A stretch of 64,000 nt of DNA from positions 1,240,001-1,304,000 of the forward strand of contig CDROCS010000253.1 of assembly GCA_977020255.1 (NCBI GenBank), written 5' to 3'. Of this stretch, positions 1 through 10,259 are shown in pieces. Numbering within the stretch: position 1 is the first letter of the stretch; each line of letters starts with the position of its first letter. A program made the translations under genes and the position numbers. Below the pieces are notes generated by a model. It was not told the origin of the DNA. It was given only the letters and a program-made list of their open reading frames with translations, and made no database searches. The stretch is from Obrimoposthia wandeli (taxonomy: Eukaryota).

Positions 1-1293
1 CCACTTGCTCAAGGTATCGTTGTACATGTGACCGGTCCATTTAGGCAGCCAGAAATAAGCACCCGCATAGATAGAGAACAATGAACCAGTCACTAATACA
101 TAGTGAAAATGGGCGACAACAAAGTAGGTATCATGGTATTGAAAATCAACAGGTGTCATCGCTAACATCAAGCCTGAGAAACCACCAATGGTGAATAAAA
201 TAACAAAGGCGATTGAAAACAGCATAGGTGTTTCAAAACTCAATGAACCGCGCCACATGGTAGCTACCCAGTTAAATACTTTTACGCCAGTAGGGACGGC
301 AATTAACATGGTGCAATACATAAAGAATAATTCACCAAATAACGGCATACCCGTGGTGAACATATGATGTGCCCAAACGATAAATGATAGTAAAGCAATG
401 GATGACGTCGCATACACCATTGAGCTATAGCCAAACAGTTTCTTGCGGGAAAAGGCTGGAATAGTGGTAGAGACAATGCCAAACGCTGGCAAGATCATAA
501 TATAAACTTCAGGATGGCCAAAGAACCAAAAAATATGTTGGAACATAACTGGATCACCACCACCGGCAGCATCAAAGAAACTGGTACCAAAATAAGTATC
601 GGTAAGTAACATGGTCACTACGCCGGCGAGCACAGGCATGACGGCAATTAATAAATAGGCAGTGATAAAAAAGGTCCAAACAAACAAAGGCATCTTCATA
701 TAAGTCATGCCAGGAGCACGCATATTCATGATGGTAACAACAATGTTAATTGCACCCATGATTGAAGATATCCCCATGATATGAACAGCAAAAACGAAGA
801 ATGCAGTACTACCATTAGAGTAAGTTGTTGATAACGGTGCGTAGAATGTCCAACCAAAGTTAGGTGCGCCACTTTCCATAAAGAAAGAGCCCAATAAAAT
901 AGCAAAAGCAAAAGGAAGAATCCAAAAACTCCAGTTATTCATGCGAGGTAATGCCATATCTGGTGCACCTAGCATCATAGGCAACATCCAGTTAGCAAAG
1001 CCGGTAAAGGCGGGCATAATGGCGCCAAACACCATCACTAACCCGTGCACGGTTGTTAATTGGTTAAAAAAATCAGGTTCAACAAATTGTAGACCCGGCT
1101 GAAATAATTCAGCACGGATCACCATAGCTAAAGCACCGCCGGTTAAAAACATAATGAAAGCAAACCATAAATATAAGGTACCGATGTCTTTATGGTTAGT
1201 GGTATAAAGCCAACGTTTTATACCGGTCATTTTATAGCTATGCTCATCATGATGTTCGTCGTGCGAATCTTGTTCTATAACGTTTGTAGTCAT
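1..1293 (-). CDS. coxA: Cytochrome c oxidase subunit I (A-type), 3' end runs off the window
   Basis: Manual translation from ATG at 1293: MTTNVIEQ...WLYTTNHKDIGTLY...FWFFGHPEVY...WAHHMF...VVAHFHYVL, containing the heme-copper oxidase His ligands; missing from the ORF track because it is truncated. Confidence 0.97.
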   Translation of the reverse strand, partial: MTTNVIEQDSHDEHHDEHSYKMTGIKRWLYTTNHKDIGTLYLWFAFIMFLTGGALAMVIRAELFQPGLQFVEPDFFNQLTTVHGLVMVFGAIMPAFTGFANWMLPMMLGAPDMALPRMNNWSFWILPFAFAILLGSFFMESGAPNFGWTFYAPLSTTYSNGSTAFFVFAVHIMGISSIMGAINIVVTIMNMRAPGMTYMKMPLFVWTFFITAYLLIAVMPVLAGVVTMLLTDTYFGTSFFDAAGGGDPVMFQHIFWFFGHPEVYIMILPAFGIVSTTIPAFSRKKLFGYSSMVYATSSIALLSFIVWAHHMFTTGMPLFGELFFMYCTMLIAVPTGVKVFNWVATMWRGSLSFETPMLFSIAFVILFTIGGFSGLMLAMTPVDFQYHDTYFVVAHFHYVLVTGSLFSIYAGAYFWLPKWTGHMYNDTLSKW

Positions 1294-1304
1294 TTTATAT
1301 CCCC

Positions 1305-2876
1305 CTACTTCGCACTAGCAGCATCAACAGCTGCAGGTTGTACTAAATCACCGGTATTATTTCCCCAAGCATTACGCTCATAAGTTACAACGGCGGCTAT
1401 TTCGGTTTTGGTCAACTGACTACTAAAAGCAGCCATGGCAGCATTTTTTTTACTACCGTTAAGCACCATATCTAAATGAACAGTGATATCTCCCATTGCA
1501 ATCAAACTGCCTTTAAGCGCAGGGAATGCCGGAGGTAAGCCAGTACCTGTCGGTTGATGACAAGCAACACAAGCTTTCATGTATACTTTTTCGCCCATAG
1601 CCATTAAGTCATCATAGCTATACACTTTAGCTAAATCTTCTACGGCTGCTGCTTCAGTAATCACCTCTACTGTTTCTTCAGCGATAGTTCCAATTGCTAC
1701 GGCTGCTGTTGCATCTTGTGTTGTACCTTCAACAGAAAAGTTTTCAACCGCAGATTTCACATCAGATGCTTGCACAGCATCACCGGTATTGTTACCCCAA
1801 GCATTACGCTCGTAGGTAACAACGGCAGCAATTTGTTTCATGCTTAATTGCTTACCATAACCTTGCATACCCGTACCAGCCTTACCATTAAAGACCGTTT
1901 TAATATGCGTGGCGATATCACCCATAGCGACTGAACTTCCCTTAAGTGCAGGGAATGCTGGCGGTAAACCGGCACCAGAAACTTGGTGACATGCGGCACA
2001 ATAAGCAATATAGGTGCTTTCACCTAATGCCATTAATTCATCCATAGGGACTGCGGCACTAAGCGATGCCTTTTCAGCTTCAGCAGCTTGGGCAATAATT
2101 TGATGTTGTTCATCAAGCCATTTGGCATAATCGGCTTCAGATTTCACTTCAACAACTATTGGCATAAAGCCATGATCTTTCCCGCATAGCTCAGCACATT
2201 GACCACGGTAGATTCCTGGCTCGTCAACTTTAGTCCATGCCTCATTGATAAAACCTGGGTTAGCGTCTTGTTTAACAGCAAAAGCAGGCACCCACCAAGC
2301 ATGGATAACATCATCAGAGGTGATTAAAAATCTAACTTTTTTATTGGTAGGAATAACAAGGGGTTTATCAACTTCAAGTAAATAGTTCTCACCTTTGATG
2401 GCGCTAGTTTCTTGTTGATTTTGGTATTGTTCGCGGGGGGTCGAAAGCACCGAGTAATATTCGATACCTTGATCAAAGTATTTGTAATGCCACTTCCATT
2501 GAGAGCCCGTTATTTGAATGGTAACATCAGAATTTTCATTGTCTTCCATGGCAATTAACGTCTGTGTTGCTGGAATCGCCATGGCTATTAAAATGACAAT
2601 AGGTATTGCTGTCCATAACACTTCAACCTTAGTGCTTTCATGAAAATCGGCAGGTTTTGCCCCTTTAGATTTTCGGTGAAAAACAATAGACCAAAACATA
2701 GCACCAAAAACTATTACACCAATAGCAGTACAAATATAGAGCACCAACATATGCAAATCATATACGTCTCTACTAACGGCAGTAACACCTTTAGTCAGGT
2801 TTAACTGCGTTTCTGCACAGGCTGAATTGGTAAATAGACCTACCAACACTAGCCAAATAAGCTTATGTTTCCCCAC
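1305..2876 (-). CDS. coxB: Cytochrome c oxidase subunit II with two C-terminal cytochrome c domains
   Basis: CuA motif HAWW...CAELCGKDHGFM, then CAACH and CVACH; probable GTG start at 2876 behind AGGAG (ORF extends to 2930). Confidence 0.95.
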   Translation of the reverse strand: MGKHKLIWLVLVGLFTNSACAETQLNLTKGVTAVSRDVYDLHMLVLYICTAIGVIVFGAMFWSIVFHRKSKGAKPADFHESTKVEVLWTAIPIVILIAMAIPATQTLIAMEDNENSDVTIQITGSQWKWHYKYFDQGIEYYSVLSTPREQYQNQQETSAIKGENYLLEVDKPLVIPTNKKVRFLITSDDVIHAWWVPAFAVKQDANPGFINEAWTKVDEPGIYRGQCAELCGKDHGFMPIVVEVKSEADYAKWLDEQHQIIAQAAEAEKASLSAAVPMDELMALGESTYIAYCAACHQVSGAGLPPAFPALKGSSVAMGDIATHIKTVFNGKAGTGMQGYGKQLSMKQIAAVVTYERNAWGNNTGDAVQASDVKSAVENFSVEGTTQDATAAVAIGTIAEETVEVITEAAAVEDLAKVYSYDDLMAMGEKVYMKACVACHQPTGTGLPPAFPALKGSLIAMGDITVHLDMVLNGSKKNAAMAAFSSQLTKTEIAAVVTYERNAWGNNTGDLVQPAAVDAASAK

Positions 2877-3187
2877 ACGGTATCTCCTCTTTTCAATGAT
2901 AGAGAACAGATGTGCAGTAATGTACTTCATAACTCACTTAACTGAATATCTGTTGTTGTTGTTATTATTTTTATCAACTAACAAGAGCTCGGTTTAGCCA
3001 CGGCTTCGCGATGTAGAACGGTTCATGACCAATATTACTTAATCCAGAGATCAGGTTAATTACCGACGTGAATAATAATCAGGCATGGCACTGGTGAGCT
3101 AGTGCGACAGGATTAGCGTATCGACGTCTTTTTATTCTTTTTATGTTCGTTTTGTATGCGTTACTATTAATAGAATTACGCTAAAAA

Positions 3188-3201
3188 TTGATCTAGGTCA
3201 A
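3188..3201. promoter_or_regulatory. FNR/Anr-like box upstream of coxB
   Basis: TTGATCTAGGTCAA versus consensus TTGAT-N4-ATCAA (one mismatch). Confidence 0.55.
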
Positions 3202-3376
3202 ACATTTTATAACAGAGTAATTATAAAAAAGTGATTTAATTCAATGGAGTAATAGCTCTAAAGCTAGTGTGAGCTATACTAGATGTAGCTTTGATTAAAT
3301 TTAGGAATAAGATTTAAAAATAATAGAAAATTGCAATGAATTTTATAAGGGGCAAAATGTAAGGGACAAATAAAAA

Positions 3377-3428
3377 CGCCATATTTCTTATCTAATGATT
3401 AGCTAATCATTAGATAAGAAATATGGCG
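3377..3428 (-). terminator. lexA intrinsic terminator, perfect 52-bp palindrome
   Basis: cgccatatttcttatctaatgattag|ctaatcattagataagaaatatggcg followed by a T-run on the minus strand, just downstream of the lexA stop. Confidence 0.8.
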
Positions 3429-3453
3429 AATGTTGTAACGGTAACGATGATAA

Positions 3454-4089
3454 TTACATCCAACGGCCACTTCGAATAATACCAACGGCAATACCTTCAA
3501 TATTAAATTCTTGATTAGCTAAATCAACTTTAATAGGAGAAAAGTCTTCATTTTCCGGATGTAAATAGACAACATTTCCCTCGCGTTTAAAGCGCTTTAC
3601 CGTGACATCATTTTCAACTCGGGCCACAACCACTTGACCATTTTTTACTTCAGTAGTTTGATGCACAGCCAGTAAATCACCATCTAAAATACCAATATTT
3701 TTCATACTTTCGCCATTAACGCGCAATAGGTAATCGGCAGCTGGATGGAATAAATTACCATCCATTTTATAATGTTCTTCAATATGTTCTTGCGCCAAAA
3801 TAGGTTCGCCAGCAGCAACCCGGCCAATAAGTGGTAAACCTTCTGCTTCAAGCATTTCTTCAACTAAGCGAATGCCACGAGAAGTACCGGCAAGCATTTC
3901 AATATAGCCTTTTTTTGCTAGTGCCTTTAAATGTTCTTCGGCGGCATTAGCTGATTTGAAGCCAAAATATTTCGCGATTTCGGCACGCGTAGGTGGCATA
4001 CCTGTATCTTGAATCTTTACTTTGATTAAATCATAAATCTGTTGCTGTCGATTAGTCAGCGGGCGCAATTCGGTAGTCGAATTTATCAT
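3454..4089 (-). CDS. lexA: SOS repressor LexA
   Basis: PPTRAEIA...[12 protein letters not shown] wHTH, VAAGEP autocleavage site, GESM catalytic Ser, TVKR catalytic Lys. Confidence 0.98.
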   Translation of the reverse strand: MINSTTELRPLTNRQQQIYDLIKVKIQDTGMPPTRAEIAKYFGFKSANAAEEHLKALAKKGYIEMLAGTSRGIRLVEEMLEAEGLPLIGRVAAGEPILAQEHIEEHYKMDGNLFHPAADYLLRVNGESMKNIGILDGDLLAVHQTTEVKNGQVVVARVENDVTVKRFKREGNVVYLHPENEDFSPIKVDLANQEFNIEGIAVGIIRSGRWM

Positions 4090-4098
4090 AGCATTAGC

Positions 4099-4135
4099 CT
4101 GTAAATTTACACAGTGTTACTGGTAGTATATACAG
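4099..4135. promoter_or_regulatory. Two tandem LexA (SOS) boxes
   Basis: CTGTAAATTTACACAG (4099-4114) and CTGGTAGTATATACAG (4120-4135), both CTG-N10-CAG, directly upstream of lexA. Confidence 0.93.
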
Positions 4136-4341
4136 GAACGTTTTAAAGGCAAGTCCCGCTTAGGTTTATCTACTTATTTGTAGGGCTTCGCTAACCAATT
4201 TTCTCATTATAACTCCGATAAACGATGAAATGATGTTGTTCAAGTACGCCTTTGATGCGGTTAAAGTCACTTTTTACACCTTAAATAATCAAAGTATAAA
4301 ATGACACTGCTTAAATAGTTCTCCTTGTTTAAAGCTATTTA

Positions 4342-4381
4342 AATTCCCGCTGAAACCTTGAGTTTTTAATGGTAATGGGGA
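4342..4381. repeat. Degenerate arm of an ERIC-like intergenic element
   Basis: aattcccgctgaaacct (4342-4358) matches aattccagctgaaacct (8801-8817) at 16/17 positions. Confidence 0.4.
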
Positions 4382-4502
4382 CATCACCTAGTGATTTAGC
4401 TGGTGTCTCATTAGAAAATACTATGCATAAGCAGATCTTAGCTTCAATTATTATTGTTCGTTATGGCCCCCATCAAATACTCAAAATTAGCTTGTAGCTA
4501 CT

Positions 4503-4524
4503 AAGTTAACCATTTACTTAACTT
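4503..4524. promoter_or_regulatory. Putative BauR (LysR) operator 1
   Basis: Palindrome AAGTTAA-N8-TTAACTT about 107 bp upstream of the aminotransferase; near copies at 12102 and 13529. Confidence 0.65.
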
Positions 4525-4630
4525 AACTTTAAAAATATTGACTTTAATAACCTATAAAAACATTGATAATGAAGTCAAGCAATCGCCAAAGGCGAGAAGA
4601 AGTAAGTTGAATAACTTGTGAGGCAACAAA

Positions 4631-5986
4631 ATGATTAACAGCAAAAAAAATAACCACGGCATTAGCCAGGCACAACTTGATGCGCATTGGATGGCATATA
4701 CTGGTAATCGTGAATTTAAAAAAGATCCACGTATTATCGTTTCAGCTAAAGGTAATTATTATACTGATAGTGATGGTCGACAAATCTTTGATGGCCTTTC
4801 AGGACTGTGGACTTGTGGCGCAGGCCATGCTCGCCCAGAAATAACAGAAGCGGTAAGCAAGCAAGTTGCTACATTAGATTATTCACCAGCATTTCAATTT
4901 GGCCACCCTAAGTCATTTGAATTGGCACATCGTATTACCGAACTTATGCCAGAAGGTTTAAACCGCGTATTTTTCACCGGTTCTGGCTCTGAGTCAGTAG
5001 AAACGGCGTTAAAAATCGCTCGTGGCTACTGGCGTAAAAAAGGCATGGCAAGTAAAACGCGCTTTATTGGCCGAGCAAAAGGTTATCACGGTGTGAATTT
5101 TGGTGGTATTAGTGTTGGTGGCATTGGCCCTAACCGTGCACTCTTCGGGCAGGGTATCGAAGCTGGCCATTTGCCACATACTATGATCAGCGACAATAAA
5201 TATGCTAAGGGTATGCCGACACATGGTGCAAATTTAGCAGATGAGTTAGAAGAAATGGTTGCCATGTACGACGCGTCTAATATTGCCGCCGTTATTGTTG
5301 AACCACTTGCTGGCTCAGCAGGTGTTATTCCACCGCCGGTAGGTTATTTAAAACGTTTACGAGAGCTTTGTACTAAACATGATATTTTATTAATTTTTGA
5401 TGAAGTTATTACCGCTTTTGGCCGCATGGGTTCAAATACTGGCGCAGAAGAATTTGGTGTTGTTCCTGATTTAATGACAGTAGCAAAACAACTAACCAAT
5501 GGGGTAATTCCTATGGGTGCGGTTATTGCTAAACAAGAGATTTACGATACTTTCATGGAAACTGGTGGCCCAGAATACATGTTAGAGCTACCGCATGGTT
5601 ATACCTACTCAGCTCACCCTGTAGCGTGCGCCGCAGCATTAGCTTCCCTTGATATTTTAGAAAAAGATAAGTTACCAGCGCGTGTGAAGTCAATAGCGCC
5701 ATATTTTGAAGAAGTATTGCATAGTTTAAAAGGTTCATCGCATATCACTGATATTCGTAACTACGGCTTAGCAGGTGCATTGACTATTGAAGCATTTGGT
5801 GCAGAGCAAGGTCGTGCAGAGCCAGGCAAACGTCCTTATGAAATAGCGCTTAAAATGTGGGAAAAAGGTTTCTATGTTCGTTATGGCGGCGACACTATCC
5901 AACTAGGTTTACCATTTACCACTGAATTATCTGAAATGGATAGTTTAGTCAATGCGCTTGGTGAAACCCTAAACGAAGTTAAATAA
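4631..5986 (+). CDS. bauA: Omega-amino acid/beta-alanine:pyruvate aminotransferase (class III PLP)
   Basis: LDAHWM, FDGLSGLWT, LLIFDEVITAFGR, AKQLTNG (PLP Lys), HGYTYSAHP; resembles Pseudomonas BauA. Confidence 0.88.
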   Translation: MINSKKNNHGISQAQLDAHWMAYTGNREFKKDPRIIVSAKGNYYTDSDGRQIFDGLSGLWTCGAGHARPEITEAVSKQVATLDYSPAFQFGHPKSFELAHRITELMPEGLNRVFFTGSGSESVETALKIARGYWRKKGMASKTRFIGRAKGYHGVNFGGISVGGIGPNRALFGQGIEAGHLPHTMISDNKYAKGMPTHGANLADELEEMVAMYDASNIAAVIVEPLAGSAGVIPPPVGYLKRLRELCTKHDILLIFDEVITAFGRMGSNTGAEEFGVVPDLMTVAKQLTNGVIPMGAVIAKQEIYDTFMETGGPEYMLELPHGYTYSAHPVACAAALASLDILEKDKLPARVKSIAPYFEEVLHSLKGSSHITDIRNYGLAGALTIEAFGAEQGRAEPGKRPYEIALKMWEKGFYVRYGGDTIQLGLPFTTELSEMDSLVNALGETLNEVK

Positions 5987-6088
5987 TAACTAGGTAATAG
6001 CACCGACACGACGACTTTAAAGTCGTTGCAATTAATAACAATTATCCTCGATAAAATAACGGGATAAATAAATTTTAGGAATTATAAA

Positions 6089-7576
6089 ATGACAACTATC
6101 GGCCACTTAATTAACGGTAAAATGATCAATAACGATACTCGAACACAAGACGTATTTAATCCAGCGACTGGTGAAGCAACCAAAAAAGTTGCCCTTGCTA
6201 GCAAACAAACTGTTGAGCAAGCGATTGATGCAGCTGAGGCCGCTTTTCCACAATGGCGTGATACTCCACCAATTAAACGTGCTCGTGTAATGTTTCGTTT
6301 TAAAGAATTATTAGAGCAAAATGCTGATAAAATCTGTGAATTAATTGGTCAAGAGCACGGTAAAATTTCTCATGATGCCGCAGGTGAATTACAACGTGGT
6401 ATTGAAAACGTAGAATATGCTTGTGGTGCACCTGAATTATTAAAAGGTGAGCACAGCAAAAATGTTGGCCCAAACATTGATTGTTGGAGTGAGTTTCAAC
6501 CCCTTGGTGTCGTTGCTGGTATCACACCATTTAACTTTCCTGCCATGGTACCAATGTGGATGTTTCCACTTGCTATTGTTTGCGGTAATACCTTTATTCT
6601 TAAGCCGTCTGAACGTGATCCAAGCTCAACGTTATTCATTGCGCAATTGCTTAACGAAGCAGGTTTACCTGATGGCGTAATGAATGTCGTTAATGGTGAT
6701 AAAGAAGCTGTAGATACATTATTGAGCGATCAACGCATTAAAGCAGTAAGTTTTGTTGGCTCTACGCCAATTGCTGAATATATTTATGCAACAGCAACTG
6801 CTAATGGCAAACGTTGCCAAGCGTTAGGTGGTGCTAAAAACCACGCGATTATTATGCCTGATGCTGATATGGACAATGCAGTAAATCAATTATTAGGAGC
6901 CGCATTTGGTTCATCTGGTGAGCGTTGTATGGCACTTTCTGTTGCTGTTGCTGTCGGTGATGAAGCCGCAGATGCACTAGTTAGTAAAATGACAGAGGCA
7001 ATGAAAGGGTTAAGTGTTGGCGAATATAGTACCGCTAGTAATGACTTTGGCCCAGTGATCACGCAAGCACATTGCGATAAAGTAAATGGTTTTATTGAAA
7101 ATGCACAAGAAGAAGGTGCCACCCTGGTAGTTGATGGGCGTAATCCTGAAGTTGCCGGTTTTGAAAACGGTTTCTTTGTTGGTGCAACGTTAATCGATAA
7201 CGTAACCCAGGATATGTTAAGTTATCAAGCTGAAATCTTTGGCCCGGTTTTACAAGTGGTACGTGTTAAAACGATGCAAGAAGCCATGGAATTAATTAAC
7301 GATCATGAATACGGCAACGGTACTTGTATCTTTACCCGAGATGGTGAAGCAGCACGTTACTTCTCTGATAATATTCAAGTAGGAATGGTTGGTATCAATG
7401 TGCCATTACCTGTACCAGTGGCTTATCATAGTTTTGGTGGCTGGAAACGTTCATTATTTGGTGATTTACATGCCTATGGTCCAGATGGTGTTCGTTTTTA
7501 CACTAAACGTAAAACGATTACTCAACGCTGGCCTTCAAGTGGTATAAGAGAAGGTGCAAGTTTCGCTTTTGCCTAG
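6089..7576 (+). CDS. mmsA: CoA-acylating (methyl)malonate-semialdehyde dehydrogenase
   Basis: ITPFNFPAMVPMW, GGAKNH, GSSGERCMA catalytic Cys, EIFGPV, VGINVPLPVP. Confidence 0.93.
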   Translation: MTTIGHLINGKMINNDTRTQDVFNPATGEATKKVALASKQTVEQAIDAAEAAFPQWRDTPPIKRARVMFRFKELLEQNADKICELIGQEHGKISHDAAGELQRGIENVEYACGAPELLKGEHSKNVGPNIDCWSEFQPLGVVAGITPFNFPAMVPMWMFPLAIVCGNTFILKPSERDPSSTLFIAQLLNEAGLPDGVMNVVNGDKEAVDTLLSDQRIKAVSFVGSTPIAEYIYATATANGKRCQALGGAKNHAIIMPDADMDNAVNQLLGAAFGSSGERCMALSVAVAVGDEAADALVSKMTEAMKGLSVGEYSTASNDFGPVITQAHCDKVNGFIENAQEEGATLVVDGRNPEVAGFENGFFVGATLIDNVTQDMLSYQAEIFGPVLQVVRVKTMQEAMELINDHEYGNGTCIFTRDGEAARYFSDNIQVGMVGINVPLPVPVAYHSFGGWKRSLFGDLHAYGPDGVRFYTKRKTITQRWPSSGIREGASFAFA

Positions 7577-7601
7577 TTAAAAATCAATAGTATTTAACGT
7601 T

Positions 7602-7630
7602 ATCCCCGAATTTATTTTCGGGGATCTTAT
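7602..7630 (+). terminator. Intrinsic terminator after mmsA
   Basis: atccccgaa-N6-ttcggggat followed by a T-rich tract. Confidence 0.75.
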
Positions 7631-8087
7631 TTTTATTTATCAACAATACCCATCAAAAAATTAGGCTGTTGCTCACCAGGCACATAGTCGTTTTTACTCA
7701 CTTCAATTATAACAATGTGAACTGCTTTCACCCTAATTAAAGTGCTTGTCGTCTTACTTGCTCAGCTTTCTTGATGCACGCTTCAGCTCAGTTTAATTAC
7801 CTTTAAATACACTTGACAAGAAGGTTTCTCCCGCTTTAAAAGGATGTCGCTAACGAAAAATTATGGTATTTAATCCGTATCATATTTCTTCAATATTATT
7901 AATCCATCGATTTCGATAGCGTAAACGAGCAAAAGGGATTGCTGTTAAAGGGTTAAAGGGTTGAAAGGTGAGTAACAGTTAGGCTCTGAAACCGTGGGGA
8001 TCTTATATTTAGCATAATGTAACAGTATGGCAATTTATACGAGGGATGATGATAGCAATCAAAAAGCTCAAGGTATGACGAGAGACA

Positions 8088-8714
8088 TCAGTGCTTTCTA
8101 TAGCGATTTGGCAGCTTAATATTGAATATAATAGCCAAAGCACGCAGAATGAAAGCGACAAAGAAACCACCAATCAAATCATAACTATTAGGAAGGTTTA
8201 AGGTACTGAGCCAGAAATATATAACTGAGCCAGCTAGCATCGTGGTGATATAAAGTTCTTCGTTCATCAGTGTTAGGTTACCGCCACAGAGTACATCACG
8301 GGCGATTCCACCAAAGCTAGCGGTCATTACTCCCATACAAATAGCGATCAATGGGGAAGCCTCAAACTCGAGGGCGACCTCAGTGCCAACCACGGCAAAC
8401 AATGCGAGACCAATTGCATCCATCCAGATCAGTGCACGTGTTAGAGAGACAAGTTTTGGAGCGATGATATAGGTTATTGTTGAAGAAATTAGGCAGATTA
8501 CGATCCATAACGGCTCGCGTATCCAGAACACAGGAACATTACCCAGCAGCAAGTCGCGAAGCGTGCCGCCACCAAGACCTGTCGCCGTTCCGATCAGCAT
8601 AAAACCGAGAATATCCATTTTCTGACGAGCTGCATCGAGTGCGCCCGAGGTTGCAAAGACTGCCACAGCAGACAACCCCATGATATTCACTACAGCGGTA
8701 ATATCAAATGACAT
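8088..8714 (-). CDS. TRIC/UPF0126 (YadS/YicG-like) membrane protein
   Basis: Two repeats with GLGGGTLRDLLL and FGGIARDVL, DAIGLALF; ATG at 8714 behind AGGAGA. Confidence 0.88.
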   Translation of the reverse strand: MSFDITAVVNIMGLSAVAVFATSGALDAARQKMDILGFMLIGTATGLGGGTLRDLLLGNVPVFWIREPLWIVICLISSTITYIIAPKLVSLTRALIWMDAIGLALFAVVGTEVALEFEASPLIAICMGVMTASFGGIARDVLCGGNLTLMNEELYITTMLAGSVIYFWLSTLNLPNSYDLIGGFFVAFILRALAIIFNIKLPNRYRKH

Positions 8715-8800
8715 GGCAACTCTCCTAAGACTCTCTGTCTGCGACACCAAAATAGTTTTTATCTTTTAAGCCTAGCAGTTTCATTTGATCAGGCGTTTCT

Positions 8801-8841
8801 AATTCCAGCTGAAACCTGCATCTTCAAGTGGCTTGGGTATA
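8801..8841. repeat. ERIC-like terminal arm (single arm)
   Basis: CTGCATCTTCAAGTGGCTTGGGTATA (8816-8841) resembles the ERIC/IRU right end as I recall it; no partner arm seen at the expected distance. Confidence 0.5.
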
Positions 8842-8948
8842 TTGGTCATGGAAAGATAAAAAACAAGAGATTTTAATGACAGGGAAAGAAAAAACTGACC
8901 AAGCAGATCTAAATGAAGATCTGATTGGTCAGAAAATATTAGTATTTT

Positions 8949-10253
8949 TTACTCAATTCCCATCAATAATCGAGGTAAAAACAATGCCAAATCAGGTACA
9001 AAAGTCACTAAAACAACCATAGGTAAATGACCAAAGCACAATAACTTAACCGTTGGAACAATGTATTTATTAAGCGGTAATTTCGCGACACCTCCGGCCA
9101 TATAGAGCATGGGGGCACAGGGGGGGGAAACATTACCCAAGCCGAGGTTTACCCCTACGATAGCGGCAAAATGAATTGGATGAATGCCAAGAGCCTGTAC
9201 TACCGGCAAGAAAATAATCGCCGCTAAAACACCCCCGGAAATATCATCAACAATCATGCCGATAAGCAGTAATAATAAATTAATCACTAAAAGGATGACT
9301 AGCTTGTTATCAGATAGCATTAATAACGCTTCGGCAAGTTGCTTAGGCACCTGTTCTAAAATCATTGCCCTGCTCATAATAAACAAGAAGAACAGCACGG
9401 CCATAATTGACCCGGTCATAATGACAGCACGAACAGTGGCACTACCTAACGTTTTAAAGGTTAAGCCCTTATAGACGAATAAACTTACTGGGATCGCATA
9501 CATAACAGCAATTGCCGCCGCTTCTGTTGGCGTAGCAATACCCGTATAAATAGCACCTAATATAATAACAGGCATCAACAAGGCCCAAAATGCATTATAG
9601 CCAGAAGTAACTACGCCTCGCGCTGCTTGAACAAAAGGAAGCGCAGGTTCGACTTTTATTAAGGTGTTATTACGTAAAAACCAGAAGTTTAAGCCACAGT
9701 ATATTAGCGTTAACATGATGCCAGGGATAATGGTCGATAAAAAAGCAGCGCCGACAGACAAGCCGCCGGTAATCGAAAAGATGATCATTGGAATGCTGGG
9801 CGGAATTAACAGTGCCAGTACCGACGAACAAGCAACTAAAGCCGTCGCGTGTCCCTCTGGATATCCTTCTTCTTTCATCCTCGGGATCATAATCTGACCG
9901 ATTGCCGCAATAGCAGCCGAAGAGCTACCAGAAATAGCACCAAAAAGTGCACAGGTTAAAACAGTTACTGCGCCTAAGCCGCCTTTAAGACGGCCAACAA
10001 TTGAATTAACAAAATCAAGCAAACGATTTGAAATACCACCTTCGGCCATTAAAATCCCGGCTAAAATAAACAATGGCAATGCTAATAGGGCAAAACCGCC
10101 ACTGGTGTTAAATCCATGAATGACCAAAAATGAAATATCATTGCCGGTAGCAAAAGTGAACATTATTGCGCCGATACCAAAGGCAAAGGCAACTGGCAGT
10201 TCAGCTAATAATAAGATAACTATGATCAGCATACATATGAGAAAAATAGCCAT
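8949..10253 (-). CDS. dctM: TRAP transporter large permease
   Basis: ALPLFILAG, FGAISGSSSA, LIPPSIPMI, GIATPTEAA, PPCAPML. Confidence 0.93.
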   Translation of the reverse strand: MAIFLICMLIIVILLLAELPVAFAFGIGAIMFTFATGNDISFLVIHGFNTSGGFALLALPLFILAGILMAEGGISNRLLDFVNSIVGRLKGGLGAVTVLTCALFGAISGSSSAAIAAIGQIMIPRMKEEGYPEGHATALVACSSVLALLIPPSIPMIIFSITGGLSVGAAFLSTIIPGIMLTLIYCGLNFWFLRNNTLIKVEPALPFVQAARGVVTSGYNAFWALLMPVIILGAIYTGIATPTEAAAIAVMYAIPVSLFVYKGLTFKTLGSATVRAVIMTGSIMAVLFFLFIMSRAMILEQVPKQLAEALLMLSDNKLVILLVINLLLLLIGMIVDDISGGVLAAIIFLPVVQALGIHPIHFAAIVGVNLGLGNVSPPCAPMLYMAGGVAKLPLNKYIVPTVKLLCFGHLPMVVLVTFVPDLALFLPRLLMGIE

Positions 10254-10259
10254 AAAATG

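Noticed and set aside
7640-8080. Possible gene remnant between mmsA and the TRIC gene
   Set aside because: Only short broken frames; no family recognised
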